From NCBI GenBank assembly GCA_951406725.2, contig OX597828.1:73408001-73472000 (forward strand): 64,000 nucleotides of DNA. The letters run 5' to 3'. Positions within the stretch are counted from its first letter, which is position 1; every line of letters starts with the position of its first letter. Origin of the DNA: Octopus vulgaris. Lineage: Eukaryota. Of the stretch, positions 14,688-28,429 are shown one piece after another. Both the position numbers and the translations under genes were made by a program. The notes under the pieces were generated by a model, which had not been told where the DNA came from, made no database searches, and worked only from the letters and a program-made list of their open reading frames with translations.

Positions 14688-15389
14688 CATGCATTATACG
14701 GTATGTTCCCTACACACGTTCGTCAATCAAATCCATTCAAAAGGCATTGATCATCCCACTCTACGATAACAATCATTTATTCAGTGTGTCTCACACTGAT
14801 ACTGAATCAGGTGTTTGAGTAGCAAACGTCTTCAATGCAGAGCCGTCTTCGTTATGATTTTTCTAATTGTTCAGCAAAATGATTCTTATTTTTTTACATG
14901 AAAAGCTCGATTGATTCGGGAGTTTTTATATTCTTGAAGAGCTATTTTGCCAAGACAAATTGGTTGTGTATAATTTGTTTTTTGTAATCGCTAATTTATA
15001 TATTTATTTATTTGTAAAAGACATCCTCCGGCACAGTTGTTACTATTTCAATTATTTCTTCCTGGCTTTATTTTTTTTATTTATTTTTTGTTTTGGTGCT
15101 TGTTATTTATGTTTGAATCCTGGTTACCGTATTTAATCAATATATATGCACGATTATGCTTTTGCGGTCGAGTTTCTTCCTCATTTGCGTGTGAGTGTAT
15201 GTGTGTATGTGCGTCTGTTCTTAAAAGTAATTGCTGACACTCTGACGGTGAGTGTAGTGATGCGGGAGTGTGATTTTAACAAATATGTAAACATTTTGTT
15301 GCTATTATGATTCTGACAAAGCTCACATAGGACTCAGCGTGATACCTACCGAAATTTAACGAGAAACTCTGCGCAACAAAACACGCTTC

Positions 15390-15620
15390 CTGAATTCAAC
15401 CTTTGTGAACAATCCTTGTCTACAGAGCATGTGATCTATCAAAGATACGTTACACCGGACAACATAAGTGTAAACCTGGTAAGACTGATAAGAAATATGT
15501 CACATAACTCGGATCTTCAGCATGTGAATATCACACACATGAACTCATCCACTGCATTCAATGCTCCAGATATTGGCATTTGCAGCACATAAAAAAACGA
15601 TGGAAATTTTCGAAACTATA
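15390..15620 (+). pseudogene. Possible highly decayed PLE GIY-YIG endonuclease remnant
   Basis: LSTEHVIYQRYVT...STA...YWHL...RWKF resembles the CLxxxVIYQ..V..ST.LS..W.L..W.I pattern of PLE endonucleases. Confidence 0.3.
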
Positions 15621-16739
15621 ATCATTAATGAGAGGAATTATATTTATACATTTGTCGAAGTAAATTCTGGAATAGATTAGGAGGGAATATAAAATAACAA
15701 AACCAAATTAAGCTCATAATGTAACGTTTATCGATACTACATTTAGGAGAGAAATAGGATATTATTGAAAAAGTATAAGAAATAAAGCACTCCCTCCCAC
15801 CAAAAACCAATAAAAGTGTTCCAATTTGGGTTGTAATACACCACATGAATTCTATTGGTAGTGCAGCCTACAACCATAAAACTAATGAGCTTTAATTGGG
15901 TGAAGGATTAAAGATTATTGGTGTAGTAGCTATTTAAAGAATCCAACACCTATAGTTTAGTAATTTTGTCATGAGATGGATTGCTAATCAATATCGATTT
16001 TAAAATATACCTTGCATTTCGACAAATATACATACACGGTTCAGCATTTCGACTGTTTACGGGAGAAGTTACGGTGAATGTAACTAAACTGACGCTTGTC
16101 TGAAAAAAAAAACGTGAGTAGGGGTGGTTACAGCTCGAAGTAAGCTATGGATATGAATTGCATAACAGGAAACACACTAACGACGACGACGACGACGATG
16201 ATGATGATGATGATGATGATAGTTATGATACTGATTATGATGATGGTTATGATGATGGCACACTGTAATACATAACGCAAAGTAAGTTCTAGTATTCATG
16301 TTTGGATGTCTCTATGTGCACATAAATATGTCGTGAAGACCTATGGGTATATGTATATATATATATATACATATATATATACACAAATATGTAGCAAAAA
16401 AAGAAACGTGCGGTAAAAACGTATATCAAACTCTTATCTGTGCCTCCGACAAAACAATAAAATAACAAAGCAAAACAATTGTAGAAAGTAGAAAGTCACC
16501 ATTGACAGTTTTGTTTCGTAATTCTTATCATCGTCAGCGAGATTTACATGTTATTATTGTCGACGTCAGTTAATCCGAAAATGGTTTGCTGGTTCTCGTC
16601 TCTGCTAAACTTCCTGGCACGATGCATTATCTCTTGTGTTTTAGCTTTCACTTATCTTTTTCCGATTTAGTTTTCGTAACGTACATTCCAATATATTAAG
16701 ATGTCTGACATGCATTTGCTATAAATATAGCAAATGTTG

Positions 16740-17140
16740 AAGGCGGTGAGCAAGCAGAAGCGTTCGCACGCCGCTAAAAATGCTTAGCGGCATTCCGTCC
16801 ATCTTTACGTTCTGAGATCGAATTCCGCCGAGGTTAATTTTGCCGTTCATCCTTTCCGGATCGATAAAATAAGTTTCTGTTGAGCATTGGGATAGATGCA
16901 ATCGATCTTCTCCTTTCATTGAAGTTGCTGACCTTTTGCCATAATTTGAAATCAATTCTACAACTGTTCCCGCAAGGCACCGAGGTGGCAGAATCGTTAG
17001 CACGCCGCTAAAATTGCTTACCAGTATTTCGTCCGTTTTAATGTTCTGAGTTCAATTTCCACCGAGGTCGACTTGGTCTTTTATTCTTTCGGGGCCGATA
17101 AAAACTGCTGGCCTTGTTCCAAAATCTGAAACCAATTTTA
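16740..17140 (+). mobile_element. Two tandem SINE family B copies
   Basis: Heads at ~16740 and ~16975; gttctgag.tc.aattcc.ccgaggt and ctttc.gg..cgataaaa motifs. Confidence 0.8.
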
Positions 17141-17499
17141 CAACCGTTCTCTGAATCAGCCCATAAGCAAGCAGTGTTTACAATATTTCTATTCTTAGAA
17201 TAATGGGAATAAATCTCAAAGCGCTGCTTGTTCCTGAATGTTACAGTCACGTTGTTCTGTCCACATTTTTTGAAAAATACACAGAGGATATTTCTAATAT
17301 CGACCGCGTGTATAGTGTTTACCTATTTTTCTTTCATCGCTTTTCTAGTCAATGCATAATCTATCGCCGAGCAAGTATGGTAAACGTATGTCATATCGAA
17401 AATAATGAGAAATACGAAGCGCATAATATTTATTCTTACGACTTAAATTGTTTATCGCATTCGTCAAATGATGTTTCTTTACAGAATTTCTGATTTTAT

Positions 17500-17960
17500 A
17501 TTTATTCCTATTATCCTAATCTATTATTAGCGTAGCTTCTGATTGACCTAAATATTATATCTGTTGTGTTTAATGCGTGTTTCGGCAATTTCCAAGCGCA
17601 TTCATCTATTCTATAGCCAGGGTCATATAATATAATTTATGTGTGGTTCTTTTGTTTCAACTTGGTAATAGGTCTGTTGTACTGTATGTAATTTGCGTCT
17701 GTAATCTCGTGTGATTTTGATCAATATACCTGAGTATCGCTCATTTACTAGTGTTTGTTTTAAGTTATTAATGCCATATTTTAATGTTGTCTACGTGGAG
17801 GAACGTCTGAAGGTCGTTTTCTGTGCAGATTTTATGGCTAGTTTTATAGCCCTGTAGAAATTAGCTCTACCCTCCTTGTATAGGCCATAGCTTTTATTTT
17901 TTCCATGCGTGTATTCATGAAATATGCGTTCCGCTCTCCTTACATTTAATGAGGTTTTCT
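17500..17960 (-). pseudogene. Decayed PLE RT thumb/linker fragment
   Basis: Minus-strand peptides AYTRRVELIST and NLKQTLVNERYS resemble the PLE RA..ISS...LKQ.L.NNGY motif. Confidence 0.4.
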
Positions 17961-18659
17961 ATATAATGGTGTGTTACAGCTTTGCTCGCACACGCATGCG
18001 ATCTCTCTTACACACATTATTTTACACGTCCTCATATGCATAAAGTCAGATGTGTACAAGTCTTTCTAGGTCTAAATGCATGTGTGTGTGTGTGTGTGTG
18101 CTTGTGTGTACGTTTAAGCTTGTGTGTGTAAGTATGAAGTGGTACAAAATATAAGACGTATAAACCCAACTTGACTATACAATAGATATGTGTGTGTGAC
18201 TGTGAGTGTGTATGTGTATGTGCTTGTGTGTGTGTATGCGTGCGTGTCTGTGTGTGAGTGTGTATTTGAATAAAAATCTTGCGCTTAGATTTTATGCAAG
18301 TCATATATTCATATTTGTCAGTCGATAGCTCTAGGTCTAAAGTTCATAGTCGATATATAATTGATGGAATTTTGTTGGTAGATAGATGTAGGCGTAAATT
18401 TAGAGTAAGCAGGTGAACGCATCTATTAGAATTATTTAGCCCGTAATACTTGACGTATGTAGAATAATCACGTAAGCAAAGAGACTGTGGACAATATTAT
18501 GCCTAAAGTGATGGTACGATAAACGTATGATGGCACTTCCAGCAAACCTAAATGAAAATTCTTACAATTTTATCATCATCATCATCATCATCGTCGTCTT
18601 CGTCGTCATCATCATCATCAACATCATCGTCATCATCATCAACATTATTATTATTATTA

Positions 18660-18885
18660 CTAAGTAAAAGAGCAGTGCATGCCATTTTGATGGCATGCAC
18701 TGCTCTTTTACTTAGTGACACTGGGATAAAATATACGAAGCCCACTATATCCATCATGACTACCCGTCTGATAAGGGTACACTAGGCACATGCATCACAA
18801 ACATATGTGCGCGACATAGTGATCTCATATCAAGATAAACAGCTCATGACCTTGCAGGTGAGGCCCAGTTAGAATGTTCTTCTGG
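18660..18885 (-). mobile_element. 3' part of the (TAA)n-associated non-coding element (family of 41499-42054)
   Basis: Reverse complement of 41860-42054; abuts (TTA)n; locally rearranged into a palindrome at 18660-18715. Confidence 0.85.
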
Positions 18886-19789
18886 TCATCGCATAATGTT
18901 GGCACAGCTTACAGTGTATATAGGTCCCAAATCTGCCATGTCTGGATATATTCCTTCATAGCTGGGTCTGGCCAACCAGAGATAATCTGATCTGTTTGTT
19001 TCCTCATCACTACAGATTCTGCAGTTACTTATATTATTTTTTTTTCGTTGTGTCTTCCTGCTGGTTCCTCAACAAAAATTACCAATTTGAAACAGAACAG
19101 AAGTGAATAGTAAACCGCCAAATAAACCCCAAAACACAAGAATAAAAGTTAGCGAACCAAACACCACAACCAAAGCACAAAGCTCACCAGGGAAAATATG
19201 TTAATAATAGAAATAATAGACAAAAAAGGATCTATTTTTTAGGGTTAGGACAGCAAACATCGGAGAAAGAAAAAAGTTCAAGAAGAAGCAACTGTTAAAC
19301 AACTGATAGGAAAGACCCTAAAATTATTAATGCGTCAAATCATCATCTTCATTGTTCGAGACAATGGAATTTACTATGTTACGCCAGACTTCACGGTCCA
19401 TCATAGCATTACGGAGGTCCTGTTATCCCTGGAGATTACATCAGCGTATGAGAGTCAGTCAGGTCAGGTCTGATGTATGCAGGATCGGATCCTGCTACTG
19501 GTAAACTGTAAACCAGTACAACCTTAGTCAGTGGGGTAGAAAGGGCTCCTTAGCCGTAGTGAAGGCAATCTGTCTAGGAAGATAACCTAACAATAAATCA
19601 CTCGGTTCACAGCTTAGAAATACTGGGTTGACATCCAGCGGGAACAGCTTTCTTTCATGGAGGAGGAAAGATCTTCTTTAGTGTTTGGTTGTACAATGCT
19701 TTCCAATGTGTGTAGTAGCGGCGCGCGCACACATTATTATCCATTTGAAAAGACTATGCGTCAAAATGAAATATAGACAGTGACGAACT

Positions 19790-20125
19790 TCGACGATTAT
19801 TGATGAAAGGACTAAAATTCACATCTACACCTACAGTCGACCATCAGGAATTGGAGGAAGATATCCAAAACTGCTGTCGGAAACTACGACTTGTAATTCA
19901 ATGACATCTTCTCCACATTTCCACCGAGGCACAATATTTTCAGCGAACATATAGATTTGAAATATTCAGCTTGTCGGAGCCTTCTGAAAGGTATAAAAAG
20001 AAGACGTCCGTCATTTTACTACAGTCGTCAAGAACTCAACCCAACCGTCGATCAATACATTCTGAAATCTGATGATTATTATGAGCGTATGAAAGCGTTA
20101 ATTGAACTTGATGAACATTACTAAA
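19790..20125 (+). pseudogene. Decayed PLE (Neptune-like) pre-RT N-terminal fragment
   Basis: LMKGLKFTSTPTVDHQELEEDIQNCCRKLRL matches the L.KGL.F.PTP..D...RKLRL motif; later ILKSDDYYERMKALI.LDEHY. Confidence 0.55.
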
Positions 20126-20269
20126 TTTTGCTCTTTCATGTTTAACACACTTCAATGTTGTAAACATTTTAAAAATACGTGAAAACCAGATAAAAGGCAT
20201 AAAAAGCAGACCACGTTGTAACTTTATTCAACTGATATATTATTCTATACACATTTACGCAATTTCGGA

Positions 20270-20314
<45 letters not shown>

Positions 20315-20346
20315 AAAGACCAATGTCGACAGTTAGTATACAGGCA

Positions 20347-20349
20347 ATG

Positions 20350-20426
<77 letters not shown>

Positions 20427-20442
20427 TTCAATAGTAATAATG

Positions 20443-20521
<79 letters not shown>
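20347..20521. repeat. (AAT)n
   Basis: Directly visible. Confidence 0.98.
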
Positions 20522-20522
<1 letters not shown>

Positions 20523-20715
20523 TTAAGGGAAAAGACGATTTTTTCTACATTTTCTTGTATTTATCTACCTCTGGAAATAGCAACAGAAATGTGGATAAAA
20601 TTTTAAAAATAGATAAATGAAATATAAGAAAATGAAGAACGCATATTTCCCCCTCACCTCTTAAGCAATATTCAAAAGTAATCACCCCCAGAAGAAATAT
20701 ATTATCAAATGAAAT

Positions 20716-20817
<102 letters not shown>

Positions 20818-21437
20818 TGTTTGCGAGCGCGCGTCGCAAGATTATGAGCTTGCGGCTATTTTCCTGTCTGATGAAGGTTTGAGACTAATCGATTATGTAT
20901 ATTGAAGAATCTATTATGAAGACACAAAACATATACCAATAGCTGCACTATACAACCAATCGGTGGAGCTTCGAAATACTTGATCTTCCAAACGCTCACA
21001 AGGTGGCGCTTTCTTTACTTTTCTTTCATTTTTATTTTGTTGGTGGGTAAGGACAAAATTCTTATGTTCTAGTTGTTCCGGTTATAATCAAAATAAAATG
21101 ATTAGACATTTTATGGGGAAACTTTCTGTCTGGCTCTGTTTCTATGCATAAAGAAAATGATTCGGTTCTTTTTATTTTTTCATCTTTTTTCTGTTTTTAT
21201 TATAACGGGGACTTACTATGTAGAATAGAAATATTTTCTTTGAAAAATGTGTTATTACTGATCAGGAGAAGCAAATACAAATTCAATCACACATACACAC
21301 ACACACACACATACATACATACATACATACGTACGTATTTACATATATACATTATATCAGTACGTACGTACATACATGCATACGTACATATACATCAAAC
21401 TACATACAGGGAGAGAGAGAGAGAGGCAGAACGATGA

Positions 21438-22044
<607 letters not shown>

Positions 22045-22045
22045 A

Positions 22046-23010
22046 TATGAATTTCTTTATTGGCCACACAGGGCTAAACACAGAGGGGACAATTACAATG
22101 TAGAGTTTTTCCTTTCGTTGGCGGGGGGGGGGGGGAGGCGAAAACAAAGTAAAAAATAGGGACAACGATCAAAATAGATCGAAATCGTTGGGGATATATG
22201 CAAAAAATGTCGAAATAGTACAAAAAGTTCCCAAGAAATGGGGAGGTTTATCTGTGGAAGGAAAAACCTACGGAAATACCACAGTAACCTCGGGCAATTA
22301 CATCACGTATTAACATTTATTTACAAATAAATAACTCTCTGTATTAAATTTTTTTACTGGTCATAGGATCATGCTCTAGGTGGGTCTGTCATTTATACGT
22401 GCCATCCTTGCAACGTTTACCCATTTTTTTAAAAAACATTCGCTAGACAAAACTTGATGAGAGATTGACCAGAGAGGAAAGTGTTTGTCTCTAATCCTTT
22501 CAGACGCGTCCACCAGATACATTCTTTCGCCATAGCCACAAGGATGAAGAAAATAGCTCTTCCTCCCCGTTTGAAGGAAGGAGGCGTGACAATATTGACG
22601 ATAGACTCGGCTGATAAACCGACTCGTCTCACACGTGACAGCAGCCGTTCGACATAAGCCCACAGGTCGGAAATGGTTGGACACTGCACGATTGCGTGCA
22701 GAACGGTTTCGTCGCTCTGACCGCATCTCAAGCAGGTCGGCCCCGTGTTTCTCGAACCATGTCTATAGAGCTTATCCGGAACGGGTAGCGCTTCTCGATA
22801 GCACTGCCAGGCCAGGGATCTCTGGAAATTGTACATAAGTCCCGGCCCGAAAGTTGTCTTGAAAAGGCGGGTCAGGTAATGCTCGTCGACGTCCAGGTCC
22901 GCCCCGAGATCGTTGTCGTACCTCCCCTTCACTATTCCCCTATAAAATGCTTTCGTGGTGATGCGGTCACTCAAGTTCGACCCGGGACAGTAAAGTTGCT
23001 GGAGAGCAAC
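22046..23010 (-). mobile_element. Tx1/L1-clade LINE 3' fragment embedded in (TATC)n
   Basis: zf-RVT-like W..YREALPV.DKL...CLRC....ETVLHAIVQC....LW; 3'UTR ending gtggccaataaagaaat then (tatc)n; GATA arrays on both sides. Confidence 0.8.
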
Positions 23011-23013
23011 GCG

Positions 23014-23185
<172 letters not shown>

Positions 23186-23865
23186 GATACAATACCAACC
23201 CGTCTGGAGCAAAATGTATCTGAAAGACCCTAGGATATAAAGGATAAGAAAAGAATATGCTTTGTTTTAAAATCATGCCACCGAGTAGATTGTCACTCAA
23301 AATTCCCTCTAAATTAAAACAGAAAAAGTATAATCATACATTCATACATATATTCATGCGTTCATACATAGGTGCATATGTATGTACATGCATATATGGG
23401 GTGAGAGGCCGTTTCTCTAAGAAATAAATGCTAACATTATAACCAGAACATAGATCGCTTTACGTATATTACAAAATTGGTGGAAAATCTTCGTGTTTCA
23501 TGTCCTTAAATGGATTATCCAAAATATCAAATGCTCAGAGTCTCTGAATTTCTCCGGCTGAACGATCTGAAACATTTTGCTTCTGCACCCAACTTATGCA
23601 TTTCCATCTCTATCTGCCTTCAAGAGAATTCGAAACTCATCAAGTTGGTTAAATCTACAAGTGGAGAACAATGAAAATATGAATATTTCATTTGATTTAG
23701 CTAGAAATAGAAGTGGTTCGTATCCTCTCATATTCATTAAGTTAAGTAGGTGAAGGAAACACGTGAAAGATGACTTCTTTTCGGTTAGTTAAATCCTTAT
23801 GATAGAATGGTTATGCTTTGTTTGACAACAGCGTCTTACTTATTTGGATATCTCAAAGAATGATA

Positions 23866-24032
23866 TAGACGCAGGAGTGGCTGTGTGGTAAGTAGCTTGC
23901 TAACCAACCACATGGTTCCGGGTTCAGTCCCACTGCGTGGCATCTTGGGCAAGTGTCTTCTGCTCAAGCCCCGGCCGACCAATGCCTTGCGAGTGGATTT
24001 GGTAGACGGAAACTGAAAAGAAGCCTGTCGTA

Positions 24033-24115
<83 letters not shown>

Positions 24116-24325
24116 TTGTGTGTCTGTGGTTGTCCCCCTAGCATTGCTTGACAACAGATGCTGGTATGTTTACGTCCCCGTCACTTAGCGGTTCGGCAAA
24201 AGAGACCGATAGAATAAGTACTCGGCTTACAAAGAATAAATCCCGAGGTCGATTTGCTCGACTAAAGGCTGTGCTCCAGCATGACTGCAGTCAAATGACT
24301 GAAACAAGTTAAAGGGTAAAAGAGT
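23866..24325 (+). mobile_element. SINE family A, full length (reference copy)
   Basis: A box tggctgtgtggt, B box gggttcagtccc, CORE-like cttgggcaagtgtctt, internal (TA)n(TG)n, tail gggtaaaagagt. Confidence 0.92.
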
Positions 24326-24557
24326 AATGATTGTAAGAGAAAAAGACCACACATATATACAAACACATAGAGGTATGCAAATATATAATACATATAATAA
24401 TACATATAATAATAATATATATATATATATGAGTTAAGTACAGAGACATACTTAACTCAGTGACTATGAGAGTATACAAACTACTCTTATTTCGGCTGCC
24501 GGTCTGATAAACTATCTATCTGACCAATTGAAAGCAGGGATAAGCACCGGAGTTTAT

Positions 24558-24848
24558 ACTTCATTTAGGGAATTGATTTCCACAGGGATTAGTCCTCACT
24601 TTGTAGTATGGCCTTGCGATGGAATTACCATTTTATTTACGATAATTGTCACTTATGTATTCACACTTATAGACGAAACTGAATACAGGTATCCAAAATT
24701 ATACATCCATGTATGTATGTATGTATGTATGTATGTATGTAGGTGTGAATGAGCGAGTAAGTAGTGTTTTATATATGGTAATTCTCTGACAAGGCCAGAC
24801 TACAAGTCCGTCTTGAATCCCAGAGGAAATCAATTCCCTTAATAAATC
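24558..24848. repeat. Diverged ~110-bp inverted repeat around a (TATG)n spacer
   Basis: agggaattgatttcc..gggatt...ttgtagt.tggccttg....gaattacca at 24567-24630 and its reverse complement at 24776-24840. Confidence 0.85.
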
Positions 24849-25080
24849 TTTACATCTCTCTACCCACTCTCTGTCTCTGTCTCTGTCTCTGCATATATAT
24901 ATATCTACAGATATGCATATATATTTATTGATAATCATCCACACATATAGAGATATCTATATCTATCTATCTATCTTTCTATCTCTCTCTCTATATATAT
25001 ATATATATGTATATATGCATCTTTCTATCCATTCATTTATCCCTCTATCTGTCTCTCTCATATTCATATATATATGTATA

Positions 25081-25134
<54 letters not shown>

Positions 25135-25250
25135 TAGATAGATAGATAGATACATATACATATATACATAAATACACGCATACATACACACGCAATCAGT
25201 CGAGGACACTTCTTGTGTTTTGTGTACGAGATACCGTTTACGATTGCTAT

Positions 25251-25290
25251 AACCGGCTGATGACATTAAATAAAACGACTGTCCTTGTTT
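25251..25290 (+). ncRNA. Degenerate hammerhead-like motif
   Basis: aaccgg-CTGATGA(25257)-cattaaat-AAAAC gact GTC-cttgtt; G12 lost. Confidence 0.35.
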
Positions 25291-25321
25291 AATTGGTCTT
25301 CATTTTGATCTTACTGCTGCT

Positions 25322-25322
25322 A

Positions 25323-25367
<45 letters not shown>

Positions 25368-25395
25368 CAGCAGCAGCAGCAGCAGCAGCAGAGCT

Positions 25396-25435
<40 letters not shown>

Positions 25436-25470
25436 GAGGAGGAGGAGGAGGAGGAGGAGGAGGAGGAGAA
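25322..25470. repeat. Compound (TAG)n(CAG)n(TAG)n(GAG)n
   Basis: Directly visible. Confidence 0.98.
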
Positions 25471-25707
25471 GGTAATCTCTCGAAAGCTTCCACCATTGTT
25501 ATCGCAATATCATTACCACCACCAGCACCAGTCAACGCGACCGCTACCATCGTCTTCACCATGATCATCTTCAAGACACGCCCCCACCATTTCCAGCGAC
25601 ACTGTCATGAACCAAACTAAAATCAAAATCCCACCAACATCAACACCAGCACACCAACTGTCCAACTGCACCACGGAGACAAACACCACCGTCATTACCA
25701 AAACTAA

Positions 25708-25753
<46 letters not shown>

Positions 25754-25891
25754 ACGTATATACATACAGCCGTACACAAACTCACACACACATACACACA
25801 TAAAAAACTTTTTTACTTCCCGGGCGTTAAACTAATACATCTGTTTGTTGTTTACACACCAGTCTTCGAATTTTCTTTACTTCGTAAATTC

Positions 25892-25987
<96 letters not shown>

Positions 25988-26029
25988 TACATACATACAT
26001 ACATATACATATATATACACACACATATA

Positions 26030-27658
26030 CGGTGGCGGCCAAAATGTTCAGAACGGCATTGTTTTCGTCAGAAAAGTAGATATAATTTTTTATCAAAGTT
26101 GTTTTATATTCTATAATTTTAACAGACAATAAATACAATATTATTTGTTATTGCATGAGTTTTTGGTTTAATTTGAGAGGATAATACAAAAGTTATGGAT
26201 GATTTAGTGATTTACTGCAAAACCCATGGCGGCGAAAATGATCAGAACGGTTGCTTTTACTCCGTGTTTTAGTATAATTAACCGGCGAACTCTAATGTTT
26301 TGAATTTATTTATGTGACGGTTCGTTTACTAAACATAAGTAAGAATATTTGCAGTGTACTTTGTTAATATAATGCTACTTACTCCGTTACAAATTCGTCA
26401 GCAGATTATTAAGCTTCGAAGGAAGGATAATTTAAGTATTGGATCTATTGCAAAGATTGTTAACAAGTCAAAAAGCGTTGTACACGGTATTCTTAAGGTC
26501 TACGATGATTGTGGTTCGTGTGAAGCAAGAAGGTTTACAGGTAAGCCAAGAAAAACGACCAAGAGAGAAGATCGTGCTATGGTAAAGTTGGTTAAAAAGG
26601 ACATATTTAAAACTGCTGCTGCTGTTTCTCGGAAAATGAGCATTGTATTGAAGAAAACTTTATCTCGAAAAACTGTGTCTCATCGTTTAGTTGAACATGA
26701 TCTACAAGCAAGAGCACCTGCAGTGAAGCCACTGATCAGCTCCAAGAATAAAAAGTGTCGTCTTAACTTTGCAACCGAACATGTGTTGTGGTCTCAAGAA
26801 AAATGGCAAACGGTGCATTTCAGTGATGAATCTAAGTTTATGTTATTTGGCTCAGATGGGAAAAGGTACGTTCGTCGAAGAGTAGGTGAAAAATTTTCGC
26901 CTAAATGCCTTAAGACTAGTGTTAAATTCGGGGGAGGAAGTGTCATGGTTTGGGGGATGATATCTGGGGATGGTATGGGCCCTTTGGTGCGATTACATGG
27001 AAAGGTAAATGCAAGAGTTTATAAACAACTTGTAAAAGATCATGTCTTGCCTGTGCTGAGGAATTCAACTAAGCGACCACCCATATTCATGCAGGACAAT
27101 GCCCCATGTCACAAGGCTAAGGTGGTCATGAACTTCCTCAAGGCTGAAAAGGTTATTGTTATGGATTGGCCTGCTCAAAGCACAGATCTCAATCCTATTG
27201 AAAATGCATGGAATATTCTAGGAGAACGTTCGAAAGCCAGAAATCCTAAAACAACTGAGCAATTACGCAATGCCCTTCAGGAAGAATGGAATTAGATCAC
27301 CCAACAAGAAATTGAAAATTTAATTTCCTCATGCAGTCGAAGAAGTCAGAGTGTGATTGAAGCTAAAGGGCTTCACACTAAATATTAAATAATTCCAGTA
27401 TTCCTTGTCATTTTTTATTATTTTGTTATTTTTTCAACCGTTCTGATCATTTTGGCCGCCATAAGTTTTGCAGTAAATCACTAAATCATCCATAACTTTT
27501 GTATTATCCTCTCAAATTACACCAAAATCTCAGACAATAACAAATAATATTGTATTTATTGTCTGTCAAAATTATAGAAGATAAAACTACTTTGATAAAT
27601 AGTTATACTCACTTTTCTGACGAAAACAATGCTGTTCTGAACATTTTGGCCGCAACTG
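26030..27658 (+). mobile_element. Full-length Tc1 transposon with ~225-bp IR/DR terminal repeats and TA target duplication
   Basis: TA|cggtggcggccaaaatgttcagaac ... gttctgaacattttggccgcaactg|TA; inner direct repeats at ~26228-26253 and ~27435-27462. Confidence 0.96.
26372..27388 (+). pseudogene. Tc1 DD34E transposase with a single premature stop (TAG 27293-27295)
   Basis: GKPRK (GRPR-like), FSDESKF, QDNAPCH, 34 residues to the E of DLNPIE; frame continues ITQQEIENLISSCSRR...KGLHTKY*. Confidence 0.93.
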
Positions 27659-27826
27659 TATGTCTCTGTCTATGTATACATATATATCCATACATATACA
27701 TAATATATATATATATATATATATATATAGATAGATAGATAGATATAGATATATATACATATGTATATATATATATATATACATACACATATATATATAT
27801 ATACATATATATATATGTATATATAT

Positions 27827-27980
27827 ACGACGGGCTTCTTTCAGTTTCCGTCTACCAAATCGACTGACAATTCTTTGTTCAGCCCAAGCCTATAGTAGAA
27901 GACAATTGCCCATGGTGCCATGCAGTGGGACTTAACCCAGAATCATGTGTTTGGGAAGCAAGCTCTTTGCCACGCTTGCG

Positions 27981-27983
<3 letters not shown>
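27827..27983 (-). mobile_element. SINE family A, 5' half
   Basis: Homology to 23866-24030. Confidence 0.8.
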
Positions 27984-28025
<42 letters not shown>

Positions 28026-28373
28026 ACAGAGGGAGGGATAGATAGATAGATACATACATACATACATACATAATGCAACGAAAAAGTTATAAGGAATCTA
28101 AAAGTCAACGTGTAAATATCTTTAACTAAATAATAGGAACCCAAGTAAAAGATCACTATACAGCCATTATCTTCCGACTAGTGTCCTATTTTCTGGCACT
28201 AAATAGATATATGCATCAGACATTTTGTTTAGCAAACAGTGTGACTGAAATAATATACTTGATCTTCATCATTGTGTAGAGAGTTTCCGAATCCCTTTGC
28301 ACAGAATTATTTTGATGGTCGTAAGAATGTTTAAATCACCGTTAAGTTTTCTTTTTCCCTTAACAAAATGCAG

Positions 28374-28429
28374 ATCATTACCACCTCTACAAAATGGCGA
28401 CGTTTTATGCGTCTGGTCTCAGGACTTAG
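28374..28429 (+). CDS. Candidate terminal coding exon (D)HYHLYKMATFYASGLRT*
   Basis: ttttctttttcccttaacaaaatgcag acceptor; phase-1 frame open to TAG; no homology recognised. Confidence 0.25.

Noticed and set aside
19340-19640. Possible RTE-type 5'UTR with an HDV-like ribozyme
   Set aside because: Only a vague resemblance (ggcaatctgtctaggaaga); no nested double pseudoknot could be traced
20860-20990. CTGATGA...GAAAT possible hammerhead
   Set aside because: No convincing stem I or III and no GUH triplet
25480-25710. Thr/Pro-rich mucin-like reading
   Set aside because: Degenerate CAN/ACC trinucleotide tract between microsatellites, with no splice support
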